Counted from the first letter of the stretch, positions 47,678 to 57,528 are shown. The stretch is DNA of 64,000 bases from Minisyncoccales bacterium (GCA_049700655.1 JBNAUV010000001.1:551-64550); one strand, 5' to 3'. Notes: generated by a model from the letters alone, not told the origin. Numbers and translations are program-made.

Positions 47678-48952
47678 ATGAAAATTTCAAAAATCGACCC
47701 ATTAATTTTTAATTTAATTAAAAAGGAAATTGTTCGACAGAAACAAGGTTTGAATTTAATTGCTTCAGAAAATTATGCCAGCCCGGCAGTTTTAGCAGCC
47801 ATGGCCACGCCGTTGAGTAATAAATATTCAGAAGGTTATCCGGGCAGAAGATATTATAGCGGCAATGAATTTATTGACCAAATTGAACAAATTGCTATTG
47901 AACGAGCAAAAAAATTATTTAAGGCTGAACACGCTAATGTCCAACCACACTCAGGTTCGCAAGCCAACGCCGCAGTTTATTTGGCTTTATTAAATTATGG
48001 CGACCGAGTTTTGGGTTTTGATTTATCGGCTGGTGGTCATTTAACTCATGGTTCGCCAATTAATTTTTCTGGTCAGCTTTATCATTTTGCTTGTTATAGT
48101 GTTGATCCACGGACTGAAAAAATTGATTATGAACAAGTGGCTAAAATTGCTCGAAAGTTTAAACCCAAATTAATTATTGCCAGCACCACTTCTTATTCAC
48201 GTCAACTTGATTTTAGAAAATTTAGAAAAATTGCCGATCAGGTTAGCGCTTATTTAATGGCTGACATTGCTCATATTGCCGGCTTGGTGGTAACTGGTTT
48301 TCATCCTCACCCATTTCCTTATTGCGATGTGGTAACCACCACAACTCATAAAACCTTGCGCGGCCCGCGCGGCGGTTTAATTTTATGTAAGAAAAAAGAC
48401 CATCTTAATTATAAAAATAAATTAAGTTTAGCTGAAAAAATTGATAAAGCTGTTTTTCCCGGCACGCAGGGCGGACCCCTAGAGCATGTTATTGCCGCCA
48501 AAGCTGTTTGTTTCCAAGAAGCCTTTCAGCCAACTTTTAAACAATATCAAAAACAGATTATTTTAAATGCCCGGGCGATGGCTGATGAATTTATGAAGGC
48601 CGGCCTTCGAGTGATTAGTGGCGGCACGGATAACCATTTATTGGTAGTTGATGTTGCTCTTTTTGTTAAAAGCGCGCGGATTATTCAAGATGAACTTGCT
48701 AAAGTCGGTATTTATGTTAATTGCAACGCTATTCCCTTTGACCCCCGGCCATCTTATCATCCTTCGGGGATTCGGATTGGTTCACCGGCCATTACAACGC
48801 GAGGCTTTAAAGAAAAAGAGGCGCGGCAAGTTGCTCAATTAATTATTCAGTTAATTAAAAATTTGAAAAATAATCAAATTAAAAAAGCAATTAAGAAACA
48901 AGTAGCCAGATTGACCAAAAAATTTCCTATTTATGGTGATTTTCAATGGTAA
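47678..48952 (+). CDS. glyA: Serine hydroxymethyltransferase
   Basis: LIASEN, EGYPGRRYY, GGHLTHG, TTTTHKTLRGPRGG. Confidence 0.98.
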   Translation: MKISKIDPLIFNLIKKEIVRQKQGLNLIASENYASPAVLAAMATPLSNKYSEGYPGRRYYSGNEFIDQIEQIAIERAKKLFKAEHANVQPHSGSQANAAVYLALLNYGDRVLGFDLSAGGHLTHGSPINFSGQLYHFACYSVDPRTEKIDYEQVAKIARKFKPKLIIASTTSYSRQLDFRKFRKIADQVSAYLMADIAHIAGLVVTGFHPHPFPYCDVVTTTTHKTLRGPRGGLILCKKKDHLNYKNKLSLAEKIDKAVFPGTQGGPLEHVIAAKAVCFQEAFQPTFKQYQKQIILNARAMADEFMKAGLRVISGGTDNHLLVVDVALFVKSARIIQDELAKVGIYVNCNAIPFDPRPSYHPSGIRIGSPAITTRGFKEKEARQVAQLIIQLIKNLKNNQIKKAIKKQVARLTKKFPIYGDFQW

Positions 48953-49751
48953 AAAAATTGCCCATCAGCTTTTGGTCAATTTAAAAAAGAAAATTAAAAA
49001 AGAAAAAGTTGAACCAGTTTTAGCAGTTATTTCAGTTGGCGAAGATTTGTCTTCAAAAGTTTTTATTCGCAATAAAAAAAGAGCGGCCAAACAGGTTGGC
49101 GTTAAAATTCGTCATTACCATTTTAATCAAAAGATAAGACAGGAGAAAATAGTTAATTTGATTAAAAAATTAAATAAAGATAAATCCATTAATGCCATAA
49201 TTATCCAGTTGCCTTTACCTAAAAAGTTTAGCGCTGCCAAAGTTATTGGTTTAATTTCACCGGCTAAAGATGTAGATGGTTTTAACAAAAATAGCCATTT
49301 TCAGCCACCGCTAATCTTAGCAATCCTAACAGCGCTAAAGAGAGCTAGTTCTTTAAAAGAATTAAAAAAGAAAAAAATTGTGGCTTTGGTTAATTCTGAG
49401 ATTTTTGGTCAAACTCTAAAATTATATTTGCAAAAAGAGGGATTAAGAGTTAATTATTTAAAAAGACCATTTAACTATCGATTAAGCCGTTTAAGGTCAG
49501 CTGATGTGATTATTACTGTTTGCGGTCAACCTGGTTTGATTAAAGGTGAAATGATCAAGGCTGGAGTTATTTTAATTGATGGTGGTATTATTGTTTTGCC
49601 TAATAAACAAGTCATAGGCGACATTGATCAAACCGGTGTAAGAAAAAAAGCACAATTTTTAACACCTGTTCCAAAAGGTCTCGGCCCATTAACTATTGCT
49701 TATTTATTAAAAAATGTTTATGAAGCTTCAAAATTTAGCCCAAATTATTGA
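48933..49751 (+). CDS. folD: FolD-like methylene-THF dehydrogenase/cyclohydrolase (divergent)
   Basis: QLPLP, KDVDG, ADVII, TPVP.G.GPLT. Confidence 0.82.
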   Translation: MVIFNGKKIAHQLLVNLKKKIKKEKVEPVLAVISVGEDLSSKVFIRNKKRAAKQVGVKIRHYHFNQKIRQEKIVNLIKKLNKDKSINAIIIQLPLPKKFSAAKVIGLISPAKDVDGFNKNSHFQPPLILAILTALKRASSLKELKKKKIVALVNSEIFGQTLKLYLQKEGLRVNYLKRPFNYRLSRLRSADVIITVCGQPGLIKGEMIKAGVILIDGGIIVLPNKQVIGDIDQTGVRKKAQFLTPVPKGLGPLTIAYLLKNVYEASKFSPNY

Positions 49752-50421
49752 TCAAACTTTTCTTAAAAAAGACGCCACTTTAACGGAATTAAAAAGGGTT
49801 TGCGAAGAGGCCAAACAATATGGTTTTCGTGGGTTGTGTATTTTTCCAAAACACACTAAATTGGCAAAGAATTTTCTAAAAAATAGTAATCTTAAAGTAA
49901 TTACTTTAATTGATGAGCCAACTGGCGCTAGTTTACATCGACAGCGTTTGGCTTTAGTAAAAAAAGCCAAAAAAAATGGTAGCGATGAAGTTGATGTGGT
50001 GATGAAAATTGATTATTTCAAAAACGAACGATACACGGAAGTTTTCCAAGACTTAAAAGAAATTTGTCGAATTTTGCCCACTAAAGTGATTATTGGCTCT
50101 GGTTATTTGACTGATGAGGAAATTAAAAAAGCTTCAGCAATGGTTGAGAAAGCGGGTGCGATTTGTGTTAAAACCGCCACTTTAAAAGACCCATTGGATA
50201 ATTTCGAATTAAAAGAAAAAGCCAAGCATATTAGAATAATGCGAGCCAGTGTAAAAAAGATATTAGTCAAAGCTTCAGGCGCAATTAGAACTTTGGCTGA
50301 TTTAAAATTAATGGTTGAAGCCGGAGCTGATATTATTGGTACAAGTTCCGGTAAAGAAATTGTTGATGAGAGTATGGGTTTGAAAAATTTTTCTTTAGAA
50401 ACTTGGCGAAAAAATGAGTAA
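49720..50421 (+). CDS. deoC: Deoxyribose-phosphate aldolase (divergent)
   Basis: IDQTFL, DEVDVV, KVII, VKTAT, VKASG.IR, IGTSS. Confidence 0.85.
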   Translation: MKLQNLAQIIDQTFLKKDATLTELKRVCEEAKQYGFRGLCIFPKHTKLAKNFLKNSNLKVITLIDEPTGASLHRQRLALVKKAKKNGSDEVDVVMKIDYFKNERYTEVFQDLKEICRILPTKVIIGSGYLTDEEIKKASAMVEKAGAICVKTATLKDPLDNFELKEKAKHIRIMRASVKKILVKASGAIRTLADLKLMVEAGADIIGTSSGKEIVDESMGLKNFSLETWRKNE

Positions 50422-50430
50422 TTTTTATCT

Positions 50431-51882
50431 ATGAAATATCAACCCATTATTGGTTTAGAAATTCATATTGAATTAAATACCAAAACAAAAATATTTTGTT
50501 CTTGTTTGAATAATCCAGACGAACGGCGACCCAATGTTAATATTTGTCCAGTTTGTACTGCTCAGCCCGGTACTTTGCCAGTGATTAACCAAGAAGCGGT
50601 AAAAAAAACAATTAAAGCCGGTATAGCTCTTAATTGTCAAATTGCTAAATTTTCTAAATTCGATCGGAAAAATTATTTTTATCCGGATCTGCCCAAGGGT
50701 TATCAAATTTCTCAATATGATCAACCGCTCTGTTTTAATGGTTTTTTAGAAATTGATAGTAAAAAAATTAGGATTAGAAGGGTCCACTTGGAAGAAGATA
50801 CAGGCCGTTTGATTCATCCAGTGGGCGTTGATTATTCTTTGGTTGATTTTAATCGGGCTGGTGTGCCTTTAATGGAATTAGTCACTGAGCCAGATATTAG
50901 TTCGGCGGTTGAAGCAAGAAAATTTTCCGAAGAGCTTCATTTGATTATGCATTATTTAGATATTTCAGATGCAGACATGGAAAAAGGGCAAATGCGGGTA
51001 GAAGTGAATATTTCTTTAATGAGAGATAATCAATTGGGTACCAAAGTCGAGATTAAAAATCTTAATTCGTTTCGTAGTGTAGAAAGGGCAATTGAATATG
51101 AGATTAAAAGACAAACTGAGATTTTAGAGAGCGGGGAGAGAGTAATTCAAGAAACGCGGGGTTGGGATGAGGTAAAGGGTATAACTGTTTCGCAAAGAAT
51201 GAAAGAGGAGGCACATGATTATCGTTATTTTCCCGAACCAGATTTGCCACCCTTGCAGTTAAGCCGGGAATTTATTCAAAAAATTAAAGCAGAAATCCCT
51301 GAATTACCAATCCAAAAAAGAGAAAGATTAAAGAGAGAATATGGTTTAACTGAGAAAGAAATTGAAATGTTTGTTTATTATAAAGATTTAGGTGAATATT
51401 TTGAAAAGATAATTTCAGAATTTGACCCTCAACTTAATAAAGAACAACTTAAACGGTTAATTAAACTAGCCGCTAATTATTTAATTACTGATCTGCAGGG
51501 TTTGTTAAAAAATGAAAAATTGTCAATTCGGCAGTGTTTAATTACACCGGAAAATTTCGCTGAATTTGTTAGTTTAATTGATCAGGGAAAAATTTCTAGC
51601 CGAACAGCCAAAGAAATTTTATTAGAAATGTTTAAAACCGGTGTTGATCCGTCGCAATTAATTGAGGAAAAGGGTTTAACTCAAATTAGTGATGAAGAAG
51701 AAATAAAAACCGTAATTAAAGAAGTGATTAAAGAAAATTCGCCAGCCGTCGCTGATTGTCGAGCCGGCAAAAAGAATGCTCAACAGTTTTTAGTGGGTAA
51801 AGTAATGGCAAAAACCAAAGGCAAGGCCAATCCTCAACTTGTTCAGAACCTTTTAGAACAGCTCTTAGCAGAAAATAAATAA
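50431..51882 (+). CDS. gatB: Asp/Glu-tRNA amidotransferase subunit B
   Basis: IGLEIH, RKNYFYPDLPKGYQISQ, HLEED, YRYFPEPDL. Confidence 0.98.
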   Translation: MKYQPIIGLEIHIELNTKTKIFCSCLNNPDERRPNVNICPVCTAQPGTLPVINQEAVKKTIKAGIALNCQIAKFSKFDRKNYFYPDLPKGYQISQYDQPLCFNGFLEIDSKKIRIRRVHLEEDTGRLIHPVGVDYSLVDFNRAGVPLMELVTEPDISSAVEARKFSEELHLIMHYLDISDADMEKGQMRVEVNISLMRDNQLGTKVEIKNLNSFRSVERAIEYEIKRQTEILESGERVIQETRGWDEVKGITVSQRMKEEAHDYRYFPEPDLPPLQLSREFIQKIKAEIPELPIQKRERLKREYGLTEKEIEMFVYYKDLGEYFEKIISEFDPQLNKEQLKRLIKLAANYLITDLQGLLKNEKLSIRQCLITPENFAEFVSLIDQGKISSRTAKEILLEMFKTGVDPSQLIEEKGLTQISDEEEIKTVIKEVIKENSPAVADCRAGKKNAQQFLVGKVMAKTKGKANPQLVQNLLEQLLAENK

Positions 51883-51888
51883 TTAAAT

Positions 51889-52821
51889 CTATTTACTCTT
51901 TAAGAAATTTTCAATTAATTTTTCAGCCTCTTTTTTGCTGGTGACCCAGCGGATTCGTTGGTCTCTTTTAAACCAGGTCATTTGTTGTTTGACCAGTCGT
52001 TCGCTTTCTTTTTGGATTGAATTAATCATTTCATTTTTTGTTATTTTCTTTTGTAGATATTGGGCAATATAACGATATTCCAAGCCAAATTCTTCTAATT
52101 TCTGCCAAGAAATGCCATTTTGATGGAGTTTTTTTACCTCAGCTATCATTCCTCTTTTTAATCTTTTTAAGAGTCGTTTTCTAATTAATTGCTTTAACTT
52201 ATTTTTATCTTTTTTTAAGCCAATCATTAAAACCGGATAAGGAAGTGGTTGGGACCCCACAGAGGGGATTGGCTTTTTTGTTTTTATAATAATTTCCAGC
52301 GCCCTAATTAATCTTCTTTTATTTTTTTTATCAATATCTTTAGCTCGACGCGGATCTAATTTTTTTAATTGACTGTAAAGTTCTTCTGTTGTTTGTTTTT
52401 CCAATTTTTTCCGGAGGCGCCAATTTGGCGGCACTTCTGGAATTAATATGCCGTCAACAACTGCTTGAATATAAAACCCCGTACCGCCGCATAAAATTGG
52501 TATTTTGCCCTTTTTAAAAATTTTCTCAATTGCTTTTAGCGCCAATCGGTGATATTGGGCCACCGTAAATCTTCTTTTAGGAGAGGCCACATCTAAAAGA
52601 TGATGGGGGATACCTTTCATTTCTTTTTTAGTAATTTTGGCCGTGCCAATATCCATTCCTCTATAAACTTGGCGTGAATCAGCCGAGATTACTTCGCCAT
52701 TGAATTTTTTAGCGATCTTCACTGCCAAATCTGACTTGCCAGAAGCAGTTGGTCCTAAAATAACAATAAGTTTCAATTTTTGGTTGGCATTTGACAAGAC
52801 TTTTGGCATTTTTACTCTCAT
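51889..52821 (-). CDS. miaA: tRNA dimethylallyltransferase
   Basis: GPTASGKS, SADSRQVYRGMDIGTAK, GGTGFY, RALE, TWF. Confidence 0.97.
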   Translation of the reverse strand: MRVKMPKVLSNANQKLKLIVILGPTASGKSDLAVKIAKKFNGEVISADSRQVYRGMDIGTAKITKKEMKGIPHHLLDVASPKRRFTVAQYHRLALKAIEKIFKKGKIPILCGGTGFYIQAVVDGILIPEVPPNWRLRKKLEKQTTEELYSQLKKLDPRRAKDIDKKNKRRLIRALEIIIKTKKPIPSVGSQPLPYPVLMIGLKKDKNKLKQLIRKRLLKRLKRGMIAEVKKLHQNGISWQKLEEFGLEYRYIAQYLQKKITKNEMINSIQKESERLVKQQMTWFKRDQRIRWVTSKKEAEKLIENFLKSK

Positions 52822-52830
52822 TTTTACTCT
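52807..52830 (-). repeat. 12-bp tandem duplication of the miaA start region
   Basis: AGAGTAAAAATG x2 on the minus strand. Confidence 0.8.
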
Positions 52831-52855
52831 AGGGTAATCTTATAAGTATATGAGA

Positions 52856-52906
52856 TTCCCGAGGTTATGTTCCCGAGGTTATGTTCCCGAGGTTCGACCT
52901 CGGGAA
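52856..52906. repeat. REP-like element: 14-bp tandem units ending in a 10-bp perfect palindrome
   Basis: TTCCCGAGGTTATG x2, then TTCCCGAGGT-tcg-ACCTCGGGAA. Confidence 0.85.
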
Positions 52907-53976
52907 AATTTTCTTAAGATGGCTTCACGGTGTTTTTTTTCAGTTAAAGAAACACTATCTTTCAATTTAGCAGCCGCTGTGCCAGACCGCGGAGAATATT
53001 TGGCAATGTAGGCATTGTCAAATTTGATTTCTTTGAATAATTTGACTGTATTTTGAAATTGTTGTTTGGTTTCGCCAGGAAAACCAACAATAACATCAGT
53101 GGAGAGTTTGATCATTGGTATCTTTTCCCGAATTTTTTTTACTAAATTTTTATATTCTTTCACAGAATAATTTCGGTTCATCTTTTTTAAAATTTTATCA
53201 TCGCCGGATTGGACAGGCAAATTCAAGTATTGACCAAATTTTTTACATTGAGCCAGAGCATTAATTAGTTTATCAGAGAAGTTTTTAGGGTGGGGCGAAG
53301 TAAAGAAAAATCTAAATTGACCCGGCAAAGCATCAATTTTCTTGATTAGTTGAACAAAGTTGATTTTAGGATTAGCGGACGAGACATAATCATTTACATT
53401 TTGACCCAATAACCAAATTTCTTTATAGCCATTTTTAATTAATTTTTTGATTTCTTTTAGAATTTCTTGATGGGGTCGACAAACCAATGGTCCGCGAGTA
53501 AAGGGGACAACGCAATAAGAGCAAAAATTATTACAACCAGTTGAAATCGGCACAAAAGCCAAAGATTTATTTTGATATTTCGGTTCAATTCTAAAATAAT
53601 TGTGACGCATTGATTTACCATAACAAAATAATGCATCAGGTTTGTTTTTAATAATTTTTGGCCAATAGGATAATTCTTTAATATCTAAAATGAAATCGAA
53701 AATTTTGGCAAAATTTTTTCTATCTTCTTTCAAAATACAACCAGTTAAAACAGTTTTGAGTTTTTGTTTTTTATTTTTTAAGTTTTTAAGTTTTTGAGTT
53801 AATCCATAAACTCGATCAACCGCCGATTGCCTGACTGAACACATATTAACCACAATTAAATCAGCTTCATTAATTTTTGAAGCTGGCTGATAACCTTTGC
53901 TTTCTAAAATTGAAGCAATTCTCTCTGAATCCGATTTATTCATTTGGCAACCAAAAGTAATAATAAAATATTTCAT
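52879..53976 (-). CDS. miaB: tRNA methylthiotransferase MiaB lacking TRAM domain
   Basis: GCQMN, NMCSVR, CNNFCSYC, LGQNVN, DVIVGFPGET, YSPR.GT; start ATG 53976. Confidence 0.93.
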   Translation of the reverse strand: MKYFIITFGCQMNKSDSERIASILESKGYQPASKINEADLIVVNMCSVRQSAVDRVYGLTQKLKNLKNKKQKLKTVLTGCILKEDRKNFAKIFDFILDIKELSYWPKIIKNKPDALFCYGKSMRHNYFRIEPKYQNKSLAFVPISTGCNNFCSYCVVPFTRGPLVCRPHQEILKEIKKLIKNGYKEIWLLGQNVNDYVSSANPKINFVQLIKKIDALPGQFRFFFTSPHPKNFSDKLINALAQCKKFGQYLNLPVQSGDDKILKKMNRNYSVKEYKNLVKKIREKIPMIKLSTDVIVGFPGETKQQFQNTVKLFKEIKFDNAYIAKYSPRSGTAAAKLKDSVSLTEKKHREAILRKFSRGRTSGT

Positions 53977-54000
53977 ATCTGACACCAAAAAAAGCCTACG

Positions 54001-54022
54001 CCTAATTTGTTGTCAAATTAGG
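54001..54022. other. 9-bp inverted repeat upstream of miaB (possible terminator/operator)
   Basis: CCTAATTTG-ttgt-CAAATTAGG; T7 run 7 nt later on the minus strand. Confidence 0.55.
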
Positions 54023-54069
54023 TATTAATCTTATAATTGATTTAAGTAACAATTGGTTTAAATAAAAAA

Positions 54070-54130
54070 CAGCCATCTCTAAAATATCTCCAGCCATCTC
54101 TAAAATATCCCTTCACCTCTAAAATATCTC
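54070..54130. repeat. About 21-bp tandem repeat x3
   Basis: cagccatctctaaaatatctc / cagccatctctaaaatatccc / ttcacctctaaaatatctc. Confidence 0.8.
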
Positions 54131-54192
54131 TAATCTAATATTCCTAGAATACCGCAAGATAGAAAATATTTCAAGAAAGAATTAATAAAGAA

Positions 54193-55803
54193 TTAATGAA
54201 TTTTTTCTTTTTCTTCTTTTAGGAAAGAACGCCATTGTTCTATAAATTCAACAAAAAGTTGCAAAGGAAGGTCAATTAGGGCATTAAAGAAGATAGCCAA
54301 GGCATTATATTTTTTCCATTTATTTGATAACCAATGTCCGAAATTAACCAAGGGCAAAAAGATAATATCAAAAATAAAGCCAAAAAAACCGCTACGTTTT
54401 TCTTCCACAGTTAATTCTTCTGATTTATTTCTAATCGCTAAACCGGCAAAGGCAATAAGTGCTACAAAAATAATATTAACCACATAAGAAGTTATAGGCA
54501 ATTTTACCAATCTTAAAACCATAATAAGAAGACCAAAGGACAGGGCAGTGCTGGCTAAATATAAGAGAGCGATAAAAAATTTCATAATTAAACCTCGTTG
54601 ACGGGGGATTTTTAATTCATAAATTTCTGGGCGTTCGTTTCTATAGACAATTTTCATTGTTTCCAAAATTACTCTCTCTAAATTACTTTTTGCTGGCGGT
54701 CTAACAGTAATAACCAGAGAAAACATTAGCAAGGTTGGACCTAAAATATCAACCAGAATAGCCAGAGGAGTAAAGTGACCAGTGATTAATTTGGCTAAAG
54801 GAATTTCTAAAGTAAACCAAACAAGAATACCCTTACTTAAGAAAATAGATAAAGTGGAATAAATAGCAGCGCGGGAAAGACGTTTTTTAAGTGTATTTAA
54901 TCTCTGTTGATAAGCTTTTTTAATTAATCCTTCTAAAATTTCTGGTTGTGAAAATTTTTTATTGATTTCTGTTTCAATTTTATCAGTTAAGATATCACCT
55001 AATAGCAAGAAAGGTGTGTCATATTTTTCACAAATTTGATAAAACTTATCTTTGAGAGGATGATTTAATTCTTTTTCTATGGTTTCCCAAATAGAAAGAA
55101 TATCAAGTGTAATTTTCTGTAACTGTTCAGAAGGTAATTGACACCAAGTTGGAAATTTCTTTTTTAAAAGAAAATAGGCGAGAATGGGTTGGTCTAGTTT
55201 GAAAAGAGCCCTTTGGACCGCAATAAAGACCTGAATATATTTTTCTTCATTTGTCAGTCCGCCAAAAGAAATAACCCTTCTTTCCTGAATCACTATTCTT
55301 TCGTTCATAATGTTAGTCATATAATCAATTAAGAATATCTCTTTACGGGAAGATGAAAGCGCTTCTTCAATTTCACAAGCAGCAATGTTAAGCAGCCAAT
55401 TAGAAAAAGACAATTTTTTATTTTCCGGTATTGAAGAGGCATTGTTCAAGATATAAATATATTTATCTAATATTTTTTCTACTTCATTAATTTTTGTTTC
55501 CGGAATTTGGTCGTTAGGGAAGTGTCCGCCCCGAATCAAATCTAAAATTAATGGTTCAGCAATGGACTTACTTTGATTAGTAAAAAGAATTCGTCTTTTT
55601 AGATTGCGATTAATTGCCACCCTCTTCATTAAATGTTCCTCTTTCCATTCAATAATTTCTCTTATTTTTTCATAAAAACTGGCTACCTTTGAGGCCACTT
55701 CATCTACATGAATAGTAGAAACCATTTCTTTGGTTTTTAGTGATTCACGCCAAGTCGCAAAACGTTGCAGAAGATTTTCGGTTTGAGCAGAAAGTTGAGG
55801 CAT
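54193..55803 (-). CDS. Hypothetical protein with large helical N-terminal domain and multi-TM C-terminus
   Basis: 536-aa ORF, host-like composition, hydrophobic segments in C-terminal third; 3 bp after thrS. Confidence 0.8.
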   Translation of the reverse strand: MPQLSAQTENLLQRFATWRESLKTKEMVSTIHVDEVASKVASFYEKIREIIEWKEEHLMKRVAINRNLKRRILFTNQSKSIAEPLILDLIRGGHFPNDQIPETKINEVEKILDKYIYILNNASSIPENKKLSFSNWLLNIAACEIEEALSSSRKEIFLIDYMTNIMNERIVIQERRVISFGGLTNEEKYIQVFIAVQRALFKLDQPILAYFLLKKKFPTWCQLPSEQLQKITLDILSIWETIEKELNHPLKDKFYQICEKYDTPFLLLGDILTDKIETEINKKFSQPEILEGLIKKAYQQRLNTLKKRLSRAAIYSTLSIFLSKGILVWFTLEIPLAKLITGHFTPLAILVDILGPTLLMFSLVITVRPPAKSNLERVILETMKIVYRNERPEIYELKIPRQRGLIMKFFIALLYLASTALSFGLLIMVLRLVKLPITSYVVNIIFVALIAFAGLAIRNKSEELTVEEKRSGFFGFIFDIIFLPLVNFGHWLSNKWKKYNALAIFFNALIDLPLQLFVEFIEQWRSFLKEEKEKIH

Positions 55804-55806
55804 AGT

Positions 55807-57528
55807 TTATTTATTTAGATTTAATTTTTTAATGAAAGCGCTTAAACTTATGGCGCCCGCATCTCCTTTGGTTCTTTCCCTGACTCTTACTTTTTTTGCT
55901 TTTTCTTCTTGGTTACCCACCACTAACAAATAAGGAATTTTTTGAATTTCACCCTCGCGTATTTTTTTAGCCACAGTTTCGTTTTCATCTTTAATTTTAA
56001 TTCTTAAACCAACTGCCAATAACTTTTGAGCAACTTCTTGAGCATATTTTTTATTTTTTTGGCTGACAGGAATAAGCCAAATTTGTTCTGGCGCCAGCCA
56101 AAACGGCAGAGCTCCGGCATAATGTTCAAGCAGAACACCAATAAACCTTTCTAAAGAACCCAGTAAAGCGCGATGAATCATATAAGGTTTTTGTTTTTTG
56201 CCTTTTTGATCAATATAAGTTAGATCAAATCGTTCGGGCAGGTTAAAATCAACTTGATAAGTGCTACATTGCCAAGGACGACCCAAGGAGTCTTTAATTT
56301 TGACATCGATTTTTGGTCCATAAAAGACACCGCCGCCTGGATCAATTTGCCATTTGAATTTTAATTTTTCTAAAGCATATTTTAAAACATTGGTTGCTCT
56401 TTCCCAACCTTTTAAATTACCTGCGTATTTTTCAGGCCGAGTGGAAATATAGATTTCATAATTTTTAAAACCAAAAGTTTTTAAAATTTTAAAACCAGCC
56501 TTTAATAATTTAATTACCTCTTGAGCAAGTTGTTCTGGCGTGCAAAATATATGAGCATCGTCTTGAGTAAACCCTCTAACCCTTGTTAAGCCATGTAAAA
56601 CACCGGAGCGTTCATAACGATAAACCGTACCCAGTTCCGCATATTTCAGGGGCAAATCTTTGTAACTTCTTATTTTTGACTTATAAACCTTGACATGAAA
56701 AGGACAGTTCATTGGCTTAATCAAATATTCTTCTTCATCAATTTTAATTGGCGAATACATATTTTCGCGATAGAGTTCCCAATGGCCAGAAGTTTTCCAA
56801 AGATCTAATTTGCCCAAATGCGGACTGGTCAGCCACTGATAATTTTGCGCTGCTAATTCTTGGTAAAGATAATTTTCAATAGTTTTTCTTAAAAATTGTC
56901 CCTTGGGCTGCCAGATGGGCAAGCCAGCGCCGACTTCTTCGTCAAATAAAAACAATTCTAATCTTTGGCCCAACCAACGATGGTCTCTTTTTTCCAATTC
57001 TTCTTGTTTTTGAAGATATTCGGTTAGCTCGTTTTTATTTTGGAAAGCTAAGCCATAAATTCTGGTGAGCATTTTATTTTTTTCCGAACCGCGCCAATAA
57101 GCGCCAGCAATTTTAGTTAATTTAAAACTATCAGGAGCGATTTCTTTAGTTGATTGGACATGAGGACCCTTACATAAATCAACAAAATTTTCTGTTTGAT
57201 AGAGAGAGATTTTTTGCGGTTCGGTTTTTGCTAATTCATCAATTAGTTCTAATTTATAGGGCTGTTCTTTAAAAATTTCTTTGGCTTTTTTTTGTGAAAT
57301 AGTTTTTTTCTCAAATTTGATATTTTTTTTGATTAAGCGACGCATTTCTTCTTCGATTTTTAACAAGTCAGCTGACGAAATAGTTTGCGGTAAATCAAAA
57401 TCGTAATAAAAACCATTTTCAATAGTTGGTCCAATTCCCAATTTTACTCCTGGGTAGAGTTTTTGAACAGCATAAGCCAATAGATGAGCCAAAGAGTGTC
57501 TTTTTTCTTCAAGAGTTGATTTAGACAT
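55807..57528 (-). CDS. thrS: Threonine--tRNA ligase (no TGS domain)
   Basis: RHSLAH, DLCKGPH, KPMNCPFH, RVRGFTQDDAH, HRALLGSLERF. Confidence 0.98.
   Translation of the reverse strand: MSKSTLEEKRHSLAHLLAYAVQKLYPGVKLGIGPTIENGFYYDFDLPQTISSADLLKIEEEMRRLIKKNIKFEKKTISQKKAKEIFKEQPYKLELIDELAKTEPQKISLYQTENFVDLCKGPHVQSTKEIAPDSFKLTKIAGAYWRGSEKNKMLTRIYGLAFQNKNELTEYLQKQEELEKRDHRWLGQRLELFLFDEEVGAGLPIWQPKGQFLRKTIENYLYQELAAQNYQWLTSPHLGKLDLWKTSGHWELYRENMYSPIKIDEEEYLIKPMNCPFHVKVYKSKIRSYKDLPLKYAELGTVYRYERSGVLHGLTRVRGFTQDDAHIFCTPEQLAQEVIKLLKAGFKILKTFGFKNYEIYISTRPEKYAGNLKGWERATNVLKYALEKLKFKWQIDPGGGVFYGPKIDVKIKDSLGRPWQCSTYQVDFNLPERFDLTYIDQKGKKQKPYMIHRALLGSLERFIGVLLEHYAGALPFWLAPEQIWLIPVSQKNKKYAQEVAQKLLAVGLRIKIKDENETVAKKIREGEIQKIPYLLVVGNQEEKAKKVRVRERTKGDAGAISLSAFIKKLNLNK

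Noticed and set aside
52856-54130. Possible CRISPR array, given the Cas4-like gene
   Set aside because: The 14- and 21-bp repeats are contiguous with no spacers; no cas1/cas2 in the window.
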